NCBI GenBank assembly: GCA_905372265.1
Contig: CAJPOL010000001.1
Location: 458 to 64,457 of the forward strand
Direction: 5' to 3'
Source: an uncultured Treponema sp.
GTDB lineage: Bacteria; Spirochaetota; Spirochaetia; Treponematales; Treponemataceae
DNA length: 64,000 bases
Both the position numbers and the translations under genes were made by a program. Shown here piece by piece: positions 47,501 through 56,993 of this stretch. Each line of letters starts with the position of its first letter. Position 1 is the first letter of the stretch. The notes beneath the pieces are model-generated. The model was not told the origin of the DNA, did not search any database, and worked only from the letters and a program-made list of their open reading frames with translations.

Positions 47501-48350
47501 CCGGCCTTTTTTGCCACAGCCGCCGCAGCAGCCTTTCGGCGATAATAAGGATCAGCCCAAGCAGAAAGGGGAAGCCTATCAGCAGGGCCGGATGGTCCAT
47601 ACCGATTTGCGCTGCTGCTGCAGCGTTTTCCAGATACGCAAAGAGAAATGCGGCGCAGGCTGTTCCGATGACGGAACGCCCGCCTGCATAGGCGAGTACA
47701 AGCGCTATCCATCCTTTCCCTGCGCTCTGATTCTGTACAAAAGCTCCCAGCTGTAACGAAAGAAGAAACCCCGCAAGCACGGCCAAAGCGCCGGAGATGC
47801 TCATCGCGGCAATTTTCAGCCGAAGCGTATTCACGCCGATAGAGTCCAAAAATGCGGAATCCCGCCCTAGTATTTTCAGCCTGAGACCGATTTTTGTAAA
47901 TCGGTAAAAAAAGGCAAGTCCGGCGCTCAACAATAATGCAAGAATTGAACTGACTATCTTGATGCCGTGCGGCGGAAGTAACAGTTCGGGCGGAAGCGCG
48001 ACAATACTCTGATTGCCGAATAAGCGGGTACTCATTATAGAAATAAAACCTGCGGCGGCAAGATTGAGCGCAAGCCCGAGAATGTAAATATTTGCCCGGC
48101 GGCAGACGGATAGGTATGCGTTTAAACCGCTGAGCGCAGCGCCGAGCGCAACGGTAAGGCTGAGCGCCGGTAGTATTCCGCCGAAACTGCCGCTCAGCAA
48201 AACGGCGCTTATGCCTGCAAAAGCGCCGGTCAGCATCAGCCCCTCAATACCCACATTCAGCAAGCCTGCATATTCGGAGATAAGCGCTGCGCAGGCGGCG
48301 ATGACAAGCGGCGCTGCTTGAGAAAGAAACCTCACGGCTGCGTTTACCAT
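47487..48350 (-). CDS. nucleoside/sugar-type (BMP-dependent) ABC permease
   Basis: SE.AG.LNVG.EG.ML, G.GWIAL. Confidence 0.88.
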   Translation of the reverse strand: MVNAAVRFLSQAAPLVIAACAALISEYAGLLNVGIEGLMLTGAFAGISAVLLSGSFGGILPALSLTVALGAALSGLNAYLSVCRRANIYILGLALNLAAAGFISIMSTRLFGNQSIVALPPELLLPPHGIKIVSSILALLLSAGLAFFYRFTKIGLRLKILGRDSAFLDSIGVNTLRLKIAAMSISGALAVLAGFLLSLQLGAFVQNQSAGKGWIALVLAYAGGRSVIGTACAAFLFAYLENAAAAAQIGMDHPALLIGFPFLLGLILIIAERLLRRLWQKRPAKRR

Positions 48351-49402
48351 AAAACCGCATCCTCCTTTTTCCGCCGGAAAAAATCAACGGTTACCAGCAT
48401 AAAAGCAATGCCTTGCACAACTGCCGATAAATCAAACGTTACCGTACTGTGAATCATCGCCGCCTTGCCGCCGGCTTCTATCCAGGCAAAGAACAATGCG
48501 CCGAAGATTGCGCCAAGCGGATGCGTCCGTCCGATGAGCGCCGCGGAGATACCGCTCCAGCCGATTCCGGCGGTAATACCTGAGTATACATAGTGACGGG
48601 AGCCGTATACGGCAAACGCGCCGGCGAGCCCGTGACAGGCTGTTCCAAGGCTGAGCGCAAGAATTGATACGGACGCAACCTTAATACCTTGAGACTGCGC
48701 AAAGGCACAGTTTCCGCCGGTCAAACGCAGCTCATAGCCGTAACGGGTGCGTCTGAACATCCAGAATATAAAGAATGCAGCTCCGGCAGCGAAAAAAATA
48801 CCGCTATTGAGTGTTGACGGCTTCCAAAATGAGGCAAAATACCAGCTCTCCGCCGTATACGGCGTTGCCATTAAATTTCCGGTAGGGTCGCGGAACACTT
48901 CATTGATGCCGTAGTCGATAAGCGGCAGCAGCGCGCAAGACACCAAATAGGTACTGATAAGCTCGGTAACGGCAAGAAAGTGTTTAAGACATGCGGAAAG
49001 CAGTCCGAGAATGCCCGCTCCTGCGGCTGCAAGCGTACAGCCGAGAACGAGGCCGAGCGGCTGCGGCAGCGAAGGAAAAAGAAGAGCAAACTCAACGGCA
49101 ATCAGTGCGCCGGCGGCGGCTTGTCCTTCTCCCCCCAAATTGAAAAACCCGGCCTTTGACGGAATAATAAATCCGAGCGCGCACAGCAGAATAAGCGACG
49201 CCCGATCCAGCATATTGCCGAGATAAAACAGATTGGTAAAGGGTGCAATAAAGAACGCCGAAAGCGTTTCATACGGTTCATCGCTTTGAGCCGCTAAACA
49301 GCATGCGGCAGCGGCAATGCTGACGCTGATGGAAATAGCGCTGTTTAAAAACGGCGCGGCAGCCGTATTTTTTTTGACGGACGGTATCACTGTTTTACTC
49401 AT
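48344..49402 (-). CDS. nucleoside/sugar-type ABC permease
   Basis: AG.FNLGGEGQ, T.YG.ELR..G.N..FA...GI, G.GW.GI..AL.G..HP.G. Confidence 0.88.
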   Translation of the reverse strand: MSKTVIPSVKKNTAAAPFLNSAISISVSIAAAACCLAAQSDEPYETLSAFFIAPFTNLFYLGNMLDRASLILLCALGFIIPSKAGFFNLGGEGQAAAGALIAVEFALLFPSLPQPLGLVLGCTLAAAGAGILGLLSACLKHFLAVTELISTYLVSCALLPLIDYGINEVFRDPTGNLMATPYTAESWYFASFWKPSTLNSGIFFAAGAAFFIFWMFRRTRYGYELRLTGGNCAFAQSQGIKVASVSILALSLGTACHGLAGAFAVYGSRHYVYSGITAGIGWSGISAALIGRTHPLGAIFGALFFAWIEAGGKAAMIHSTVTFDLSAVVQGIAFMLVTVDFFRRKKEDAVLW

Positions 49403-50969
49403 GTGTATCCGCCTGTATCATTGCAGCCGTCAGCGCGGTGCGGTCATAGGCCGGCCGTTCCATAAAGCAGGTACGCGTTCCCCTGTATACTACATGGATG
49501 CAGTCGCACGTTTCAATCGCCGCGTCTATATCCGAGGTCAGTACAATGACAGCTGCTCCGTTTGCAGCAAGATTGCGCAGCTTTTGCAGCAGAGCCGCCT
49601 GTACTTTCCGGTCGAGTCCCCAATACGGTTCAGCGCAGATAATGAGCCGAGGGGGCGGATTATCAAGTTCGCGGCTGAAAATAAGTTTCTGCATCATACC
49701 GCCCGATAAACTTGCAACAGGATCCGCCCATGAACGCTGAATATCAAAACTGCTGCCGCGCTTCCATGCAGCGGCGGCCTTTTTTGAATACACTCCATAT
49801 TTATAGAGAACATCCCGCGCACGCGCACAGAGATTTGCTTCAATACTCTGCCGGTAGGCTACGCCGCGCCCGATCCGCTTACTGGGAATATAGGCATAGA
49901 CGTCCCGCCGGATATGAGCAAGCGGCTGTCCGTTAAAATACATGCCGCCGCTTTCGGGCCGTACCGCTTGAATAAGAAGGTCTTCCAATAATTCAATACC
50001 TTGCTTTTTTATTCCGGCAACGCCGGTTATCATGCCGGAGGGTGCGGTTAATGAAAAATCGGAGAGCCGTATGCCCTTGCCGTCCGTTGCAGTAAGATGG
50101 GAAAGCGTCAGCCCTGTTTTTCCGGTTCCGATGGGGCAATATGCGTCATTGCATGTTGCTCCGTGCGGTTGAGCGCCGCCGGTTCCTTGGGCGGATTCGG
50201 CCTCGAAAGAAAGCGCTGCCGTACCGTCTCGCCGCAGCGGCTGTGAAGCAAACATATCGGATAATAGTTCTTCGGTTTTTGTCTGAGGGGTAATCGGGAC
50301 GCTCCGTACCGCTTTTCCTTTTTGCAAAATATGGACGGCATCCATGAATTCGATCGCTTCTTGAATACGGTGAGTGATAACCGCGATGCACATACCTCTA
50401 TCGGCGCAGGCGCGGAGTATTCCGTATAGCTGTGTAATTTCCTGCGGGCTGAATGAAGCGGACGGCTCATCTAAGAAGAATACGGACGGCTGCTTCAACA
50501 GCGCCTCGCCGATTGCCGCCCAATGCAGCTGCGCAGTATCAAGCGTACCGGCCTTTTGCAGCAGCGGTAATCTGATGCCGTACTGTTCAAGCGCTGCGGC
50601 AATTTTCTCCGGCGCTTTTTTCGGGTGCAGAAAGCCGGAAGGAACGGCAGCCGCTGTGTGCAATCCGATTACAAGATTTTCCCAAACCGTCAGCTCAGCC
50701 GAAAAAAGCGGGTGCTGCGGCGCTAGAACAAGTCCGTTCGCTATTCCGCAGGCAGCCGAACGCAAGCTGAGCGGCGTCCCGTTACTATACAGCCGTCCGC
50801 TATCAGCCTGCAAATGACCGGTACAAAGACGCGCAAGGGTTGACTTCCCCGCGCCGTTTTCCCCCAGTACGGCATACATCTTTCTTTCTTCAAAAGTAAG
50901 GCTGACCTCATCGACGGCTGTAATGCCGTTTTCAGGAAACGTGAAGCTCAGCTTTTCAATCGAAAACAC
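49395..50969 (-). CDS. ABC transporter ATP-binding protein with two NBDs (sugar/nucleoside type)
   Basis: GENGAGKST, LDEPS; second NBD LSGGMMQK. Confidence 0.85.
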   Translation of the reverse strand: MFSIEKLSFTFPENGITAVDEVSLTFEERKMYAVLGENGAGKSTLARLCTGHLQADSGRLYSNGTPLSLRSAACGIANGLVLAPQHPLFSAELTVWENLVIGLHTAAAVPSGFLHPKKAPEKIAAALEQYGIRLPLLQKAGTLDTAQLHWAAIGEALLKQPSVFFLDEPSASFSPQEITQLYGILRACADRGMCIAVITHRIQEAIEFMDAVHILQKGKAVRSVPITPQTKTEELLSDMFASQPLRRDGTAALSFEAESAQGTGGAQPHGATCNDAYCPIGTGKTGLTLSHLTATDGKGIRLSDFSLTAPSGMITGVAGIKKQGIELLEDLLIQAVRPESGGMYFNGQPLAHIRRDVYAYIPSKRIGRGVAYRQSIEANLCARARDVLYKYGVYSKKAAAAWKRGSSFDIQRSWADPVASLSGGMMQKLIFSRELDNPPPRLIICAEPYWGLDRKVQAALLQKLRNLAANGAAVIVLTSDIDAAIETCDCIHVVYRGTRTCFMERPAYDRTALTAAMIQADTHE

Positions 50970-50978
50970 AAGACAAAC

Positions 50979-52004
50979 CTAATGAGCTAATACTAATTCG
51001 CCTTTTTTTATTTTTTCCAGTAATTCTTTTTCCTGTTTGATAATTTCTTGCGGAACAGCAGAGGGCACGCCGTTAAAGGAAAAGTCAACGGCATTATCTT
51101 TAATGCCGAGCGTTACCGGCGTACCGAATGTAAGCTGACCTTCCGCTGCGCTGATTACAGCATCAATACAGGCATTTTTTTGACCGATTTCCGTAGATCC
51201 TACTACAATGTCTTTCCCGTAAGAATAGCCCGGCCGGTCAAACCACATAATATACGCGCCGTGCTCACGGGCAGCGGCGACTGCGCCGGCATTTCCTCCG
51301 CCGCAAATAGTTAAAATAACGTCAACATCATTTTTAATCATGGAAGATGTCAATTCCGCAGCTTTTGCAGCGTCATACCAATTTCCCAGTACCCGGAAAT
51401 CAACTTCAAAATGTGCATTTATCGCCTTGGCTCCGTCCTCATAGCCTTTCCGTATCTCATTATTCATAACGGGAAACTCTTGTCCGGCAAGCAATCCGAT
51501 TTTATAGGCTGCGTTGGCGTGTTTCATAGAGCTGCTGCTGATAAGCGCTGCGTAATAGCCGTTGATATAGCCCTGTTCATACTGATTAAAGCCGACTGTT
51601 TTGATGGACGCATTTCCTGTAAGGTATGCATCCAAAAGAAGAAATTTCTGATCAGGAGCTGCTTGCAGTACTTTTTCCGCAATTGCCGGAAGCGAAGGAT
51701 TGGAACTGACAATTAAATCATACTTCTTGCTCAATGCAAGGGCTGTCAATCCGTTTTGCCATTCTCCCTGATTAACGCCGCCTTCTACCGTCTTAACGGT
51801 GATTTTTTTGCCGGTTTTCTGCAACCTGTTTTTTGCCTCTTGTACGCCTTCTACCAGTAATTCATAGGTAGGATTTCCCTTGACAATACCGGGTACAAAG
51901 ACCGCAATCGCATAGCTTTTTCCTTTTGCAAACACCGGTGCGCTGACAATCAGCGCAATGATACAACTGAATAACACGATTTTGTTTTTAACCATAAAAC
52001 TCAC
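50979..52004 (-). CDS. BMP-family ABC substrate-binding protein
   Basis: F...E.GY..G..AA, G.W.D..KA.EL, DVI...CGG...G; cleavable signal ending VFA. Confidence 0.85.
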   Translation of the reverse strand: MSFMVKNKIVLFSCIIALIVSAPVFAKGKSYAIAVFVPGIVKGNPTYELLVEGVQEAKNRLQKTGKKITVKTVEGGVNQGEWQNGLTALALSKKYDLIVSSNPSLPAIAEKVLQAAPDQKFLLLDAYLTGNASIKTVGFNQYEQGYINGYYAALISSSSMKHANAAYKIGLLAGQEFPVMNNEIRKGYEDGAKAINAHFEVDFRVLGNWYDAAKAAELTSSMIKNDVDVILTICGGGNAGAVAAAREHGAYIMWFDRPGYSYGKDIVVGSTEIGQKNACIDAVISAAEGQLTFGTPVTLGIKDNAVDFSFNGVPSAVPQEIIKQEKELLEKIKKGELVLAH

Positions 52005-52055
52005 CTCATATATGCTGGATGCTGTACATTAGGATATTTCAGCGCTTTTGTCTAT

Positions 52056-52180
52056 TAGACCTGTTCGGAAACTTCAGTTTCAGAACAGGCTACCTTGAAA
52101 ATGCGATGTTCTAAATCGTGCTATTTGTGCGATTTAGAACTCGTCGACCTGTTCGATAACGGAGTTATCGAACAGGTCTA
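52056..52180. mobile_element. MITE-like palindromic element (family C) with terminal inverted repeats, flanked by TA
   Basis: TA-GACCTGTTCG...CGAACAGGTC-TA; three internal hairpins. Confidence 0.55.
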
Positions 52181-52227
52181 TTATGAATAGTAAGGTGGGG
52201 GAAGTCTCCCCTCCCCCTACGTTCCAT

Positions 52228-52264
52228 AAAAACGGGGAACCGCCGTATTTCGGCAGTTCCCCGT
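52228..52264 (-). terminator. intrinsic terminator of the WD40-lipoprotein operon
   Basis: Minus strand ACGGGGAACTGCCG-AAATA-CGGCGGTTCCCCGT-TTTT. Confidence 0.75.
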
Positions 52265-52286
52265 AAAGCGCGTTATGCGTCAGCGT

Positions 52287-54326
52287 TTAATTTTGTAAAT
52301 CGATCAAGAATGTTCTTGACAAAAGCTGACCGTGTGAATCGATCGCCGAAACCTTTAAAGTAAACGTCTGCGTAATATATGACGATGTTGAGAATTTGCA
52401 GCTGTTACCGTCCGGTGCCGAATTGAATTGGACTTCATCAACAAAACCTAAACCGGCTGTAAAATAAGCGGTACATTTCATATTGGTATATTCGCCGGAG
52501 GGCATCGAAGGATCAAATTTAACCGTAATGAACGTAATTTCCCCACCGAAACGTTTCGGAATAATAAGATGATGCGTAGCAGTCTCATGAGGATCCTGCG
52601 GTGTAATTCCGCTGTCTTTGTCATAGGTTATTTTAATTTTGCCGTCCGGTATATCGGTTATCGGACCGGGAATTATTACCGAACCGCCAAGCCCGTATCC
52701 GAAATCGGCTTTTAAATAGACATTGACATGTTTATAAAAATCGCTGTGGGAAGCGTGTGCCGGAGTTGTATGGTCCGGGGATACGGAAGCTCCCGTATTC
52801 GGATAAAGCCACCCTGCAAAATCCACGTTTCTCGGAGGAGTCGAAGGGACAGGCCTTATAAGGGTATTTGCACCTGCCGGCGGCACTGACGGGGCAATCG
52901 TTAACAGATCGAGTCCGTCACCCTGATAAGACTCATAGACTGTGTAAGAACCGGTATGGGTTTCCGACGTGCTTCCAATGGTAAGCGTTCCGCCGTTCAA
53001 ATTGTATGTGACACGCCGCCTATTGATGTGTTTTTTCGGCGATGCCGATGTCGGGATGTCAATAAGGGTACAGTCTGCAGGAGGCGTAGGAGAAAGCGTA
53101 TTGACTCTTTCGCTCCATGTGCTCTCGCCTATGTAGTTAACGGCGCGGAGTCTTACTTCATACACCTTTCCCAACTCAAGCTTAAGCGTACATTCATGGC
53201 TGCCGGATATAAGACTTCCGCCGTACCGTATTGAAGAGCCCGCAAAGTTCTTTTTTGTCGTAGTCTCTGTCTCATAAAAGCCGTAAACCGTTGGCGCAGG
53301 AAAAGTCGTACCGTCATCGGAAGACGTTGACAGTTCAAGCTCGTAGTTTGTTTCAAACCGAGCGCTGTCCCAGGTCAGTTTTGTGAGATAATAAGCGCCT
53401 TCCGTACCTTCGCTATCCTTTACCAAATAGGCTCTTAAATTCTCAGGTTTCGTAGGCGGTTTATTCAACACATCCGGTATTGCAATATTTTTAACAAGAT
53501 CGTATCCAGGATCTACGACAACCGTCTCGGGATAGGAGCCTATCGGTTTATAAGAACCTCCATCTTCCTTATAGAAAACCATCAAAATCGTATATGCGCC
53601 CGGATTAAGCGTTACTGCATCATCGGGCGGCGAAATGGTCGTATCGCCGTAATGGAAAGTACACGGATTGCTAGGGGCAGCTATGAGCCTTTCTTGTTCG
53701 GCATGTGTCGGTTTCGACATGCCGTCAATATCTGTGTAGTGAGTTATAGGTCTTCCTGAATATGCATCATAAATACCTATTTTATATTTCTTACAAATGG
53801 TGTTCGGATCGGGAACGGTGCCGGTTATCTTAACGGTTCCCGGCGTTGTAAGCCCTTTGGTTGACATCGTAAAATTTGCCGTTCCGTTGCTATTCGTAAC
53901 ATCGACCATACAGTGCCCCCGTAGAACGGGTTTGTGAGGGGGACTGCCCGCATTATAGTCCTTGTAAGCGGTGAGCGTTAAATCCCATACGTGCGCCGCA
54001 AGCGGTAGATTAAAGGTATGGGTAGCGCTAAGCGTAACGGTCGTTTCGGGTAAAGAGCTTCCGGCATTTGACGTTCCGGTAAGAACAAACGTAAGCGATG
54101 GCGATGTGTAGGTAAACGGATTATCAGGCAAGATACTGCGGGAAGCAGGATTTTTTGCCGCTTGGATCATTTCGTCATAATTCGTCGATATACCCGCAAC
54201 GGAAAACGTTACGGAGCTTTCAGCAGCGCCGTCTCCCGCCACACGTCCGGCTAAATTATACGAACATCCGGCAATGAATAATGTGAAAACTGCAAGTACA
54301 GCCACATATCGTTTTTTCAATCTCAT
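52287..54326 (-). CDS. large Pro/Thr-rich surface lipoprotein with an Fn3 domain and a Listeria-Bacteroides-repeat-like domain
   Basis: Lipobox IAGC; Fn3 pattern PTKPENL...LTW...Y.L...Y.VRLRAVN..GES.WS; VTYNLNGG...FAGW...LKA; AAGGAGG RBS. Confidence 0.75.
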   Translation of the reverse strand: MRLKKRYVAVLAVFTLFIAGCSYNLAGRVAGDGAAESSVTFSVAGISTNYDEMIQAAKNPASRSILPDNPFTYTSPSLTFVLTGTSNAGSSLPETTVTLSATHTFNLPLAAHVWDLTLTAYKDYNAGSPPHKPVLRGHCMVDVTNSNGTANFTMSTKGLTTPGTVKITGTVPDPNTICKKYKIGIYDAYSGRPITHYTDIDGMSKPTHAEQERLIAAPSNPCTFHYGDTTISPPDDAVTLNPGAYTILMVFYKEDGGSYKPIGSYPETVVVDPGYDLVKNIAIPDVLNKPPTKPENLRAYLVKDSEGTEGAYYLTKLTWDSARFETNYELELSTSSDDGTTFPAPTVYGFYETETTTKKNFAGSSIRYGGSLISGSHECTLKLELGKVYEVRLRAVNYIGESTWSERVNTLSPTPPADCTLIDIPTSASPKKHINRRRVTYNLNGGTLTIGSTSETHTGSYTVYESYQGDGLDLLTIAPSVPPAGANTLIRPVPSTPPRNVDFAGWLYPNTGASVSPDHTTPAHASHSDFYKHVNVYLKADFGYGLGGSVIIPGPITDIPDGKIKITYDKDSGITPQDPHETATHHLIIPKRFGGEITFITVKFDPSMPSGEYTNMKCTAYFTAGLGFVDEVQFNSAPDGNSCKFSTSSYITQTFTLKVSAIDSHGQLLSRTFLIDLQN

Positions 54327-54416
54327 AGCAACCTCCTTATTAAGATTGAAAATGAAACATCCTCAGCGCGATGCTATTTTGAGAGATGCCTTTTTTATAT
54401 ATGAGCAGACTGTCTA

Positions 54417-54872
54417 TCAGTCTGTTGCATACAAGAGCAAAGCGGCGGTATCGGAATAGGAACGCCCTTTATATTTCACTGTAAGCGTAACGTCGTATAA
54501 GCGGCTTTTACCGGCAGCCTTGCGTACATCTGCATACAGCGGAGTTTTCGGAATATACATCATCAGGCGTGCTTCCGACTGTGGTATATGCGACAATACA
54601 TACGGAGTATTCCTGCCGACGTCGGTAATTTTCCATGCATAGCTTTCGCAGCCGATGGGAGCGGTAAGTACAAGGGTGTGATTGATATCAACTCTATAGA
54701 GTTCCTGCAGCATCGAAGCGGCGTTACCGGCCTCAAGAATATTTTGAGTGACGGCAGGCACTTTTTGAAAGCGCTTGTTGTAGTCATTGAGCACATCCTG
54801 CGGAGTATTGCAGGACAAAAAAAAGAAAACGCTGCTTATTACCGCCGCAAAAGAAATGAATCGTTTTATCAT
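54417..54872 (-). CDS. small lipoprotein, Ig-like beta-sandwich
   Basis: Lipobox FLSC; L.AP....Y.W...Y.VTLTV......YSDTA.L. Confidence 0.7.
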   Translation of the reverse strand: MIKRFISFAAVISSVFFFLSCNTPQDVLNDYNKRFQKVPAVTQNILEAGNAASMLQELYRVDINHTLVLTAPIGCESYAWKITDVGRNTPYVLSHIPQSEARLMMYIPKTPLYADVRKAAGKSRLYDVTLTVKYKGRSYSDTAALLLYATD

Positions 54873-54874
54873 CG

Positions 54875-56536
54875 TTATTCCCTCTTCCTTTTGGAAACAT
54901 TTTTAAAATCGATCCTACCGCCCAACGTGATTTCCGGAAACAGTTTCCACAGAGAATCATAATTCAACGCTACGGCAAACATAAAAAATTTCACGCTGAT
55001 ACCGGTTGTCAATCTGCCCCCGTAGGAAAAAAACGGTTTGGAAGCGGCAATTTTCGGCCGGGCAAGCGCGCTCAGCCGTGCCGTAAACGCAAGTTCTTCA
55101 AACAAAACGGCATAGCCCCGCCGGTCTAACACCACTTCTATTCCGGCAGGAATATATACTTCGCCCATCCATAGAAACGGCGGAGCAATCGGATTGCCGT
55201 TAAAGTCTTCGTATTGAACGGGGAAAGGACGCTTGGGAAGCGCCATGTGAGCGCGCAATCCCGTACCGATATAAACCGGCGCGGTAAGGTAAGTATTCCG
55301 GTAACACACATCCGCCCCGAAAAGATACCGGAAGTTTGTCTTTTCCGGCTGCAAAAATCCGGCAAGAGCCGAAATACTAAGAAAGCTCCCTTTCTCGGTT
55401 TTAAGCGCAGCTCTAAACGGTTTGTCCGTTCCCGAATGTTCTTTTGCAAGCGGCGGATCCTGTACATGTTTTTCTTGAACTGCTTGATCGCCTTGGTTTT
55501 GCGGTGGCATCTCCGGCTCATGCGGTTCGCTCGGTAATGTTTCGTATTCAGGTTTCAGTTTATATACCGCACCGCTTGCACAGCCTACAAAAGCCGCGTT
55601 TTCGGTATGACAAAAGACAAATGCTGTAATATCCGATGTTTCCGTTTCGGGCAGCCGGATAACTCCGGCGGATTTTTGCAGCTGCACACTGTAGATGACG
55701 ATTTCATTTTTATCGTTTAAAACCGCAATTTTATCGGGATCGGATAACGGGAGAATGGCAACGATTTTTCTACCGGTATTAAGACCTGCTACTTTTTGCC
55801 CCTTTAAGTCGGAAATTCTAAAAGAAGCGCTATGTTCCATACTGATAATGTGCAAGTTGTCAGCTGTAAAATAAACCGGTACCTCCGATTTCGTGTACAC
55901 ATTATCGATACGCGCCGCTTGCTTGTAATCGGCGCAACTCCATATATACGCTATCCCGTCTTTAGAAACGGAAGCAAGATATTTTTCATCATTGCTGAAT
56001 TCAAGCCCGTATATTTCCGATTGGTGTCCTTCTACCGTATTCCTCGTCATATTTTGCGTAAAGCGCAATTTAAAATAAATTTGAATTGAAAAGTCCGTAA
56101 ATGCAGCCGCACTATAATTTGTATCTTTGCTGAAAGCATTATAATTGATCGTTTTTCCTTCCGTGTAGTCGGTCAGCAGATACTCTTCGGTTTTGCCGTA
56201 TGCTTTTTTATCGCCGGATGAACGCCGGTAAAGTAAAAACTTTCCCGCATTTGTCATACCGATTAAAAGCTCATCGTTTTGCTCTTGGTAAAAAAGGCTC
56301 CGGTTAATATATTCTTCATTTATAGCGGATATAAGCGCATATTCGGAAGTGTCATATGTTGAAATGGAAGCGGAATCGGATACGGCTAAAATGGTGTCGT
56401 CGAAATTTACGGAAAGAACGGTAACGGGCATCTGCTGCTTAACGACCTGTGCCGGTAATACGGCATAACAGAAAAAACAACAGAAAAACGCAAGGGTGAA
56501 GCGTAAGACTGCCCGTTTCATTGGCGATACCGCCAT
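54875..56536 (-). CDS. exported WD40 beta-propeller protein with C-terminal putative beta-barrel domain
   Basis: Signal peptide; WD repeat GHQSEIYGLEFSNDEKYLASVSKDGIAYIW; Pro/Glu linker; C-terminal amphipathic strands ending ITLGGRIDF. Confidence 0.7.
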   Translation of the reverse strand: MAVSPMKRAVLRFTLAFFCCFFCYAVLPAQVVKQQMPVTVLSVNFDDTILAVSDSASISTYDTSEYALISAINEEYINRSLFYQEQNDELLIGMTNAGKFLLYRRSSGDKKAYGKTEEYLLTDYTEGKTINYNAFSKDTNYSAAAFTDFSIQIYFKLRFTQNMTRNTVEGHQSEIYGLEFSNDEKYLASVSKDGIAYIWSCADYKQAARIDNVYTKSEVPVYFTADNLHIISMEHSASFRISDLKGQKVAGLNTGRKIVAILPLSDPDKIAVLNDKNEIVIYSVQLQKSAGVIRLPETETSDITAFVFCHTENAAFVGCASGAVYKLKPEYETLPSEPHEPEMPPQNQGDQAVQEKHVQDPPLAKEHSGTDKPFRAALKTEKGSFLSISALAGFLQPEKTNFRYLFGADVCYRNTYLTAPVYIGTGLRAHMALPKRPFPVQYEDFNGNPIAPPFLWMGEVYIPAGIEVVLDRRGYAVLFEELAFTARLSALARPKIAASKPFFSYGGRLTTGISVKFFMFAVALNYDSLWKLFPEITLGGRIDFKNVSKRKRE

Positions 56537-56577
56537 GCATCGCAGAATAACTAAGATTGTATTATAAAATAGTTTAC

Positions 56578-56628
56578 GTTGTGAGTTGTGAGTTGTGAGT
56601 TGTGAGTTGTGAGTTGTGAGTTGTGAGT
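56578..56628. repeat. tandem heptamer (GTTGTGA)7 plus GT
   Basis: Seven perfect copies counted directly. Confidence 0.97.
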
Positions 56629-56656
56629 ATTATGCCGCCGATTACCTGCGTGTCAA
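56629..56656 (-). promoter_or_regulatory. putative promoter for the WD40 operon, just upstream of the heptamer tract
   Basis: TTGACA-16 nt-CATAAT on the minus strand. Confidence 0.45.
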
Positions 56657-56800
56657 GAGGTCCACGCCGATTTTGCGCTTTGGAAAAAGACTTTTTATAT
56701 TGCGATAATCCGATTACTTGGCGAAACATACTTACATTGTACAGGCAAACCTTGAAAAACGCAATAAGAAAAAATACTATATTTTGCATTATTACCGCTA

Positions 56801-56960
56801 TTTTATTCGTGCAGAGGCTTTAATACTCCAACGTTCTGCGTTTATTCGTGCGGAGGGTTTAATACCCCGACGCTTGCGTCGTAACGAAGGGTATTAAAGC
56901 CGACTGCAACCACCTTATGAGAACAACATACCCCGACGCTCGCGTCGGGGTATGTTGATT
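56801..56960. repeat. repeat family A: degenerate partial copy (56801-56830) plus full copy (56844-56960)
   Basis: Near-identical to 3087-3202. Confidence 0.9.
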
Positions 56961-56993
56961 GACTTTCTCCTCTATTTCTGTTTTACTAGTCGG

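Noticed and set aside
56574..56789. 71-aa ORF ending in THNSQLT repeats
   Set aside because: The periodicity is a by-product of translating the 7-bp DNA repeat; no RBS or recognisable domain.
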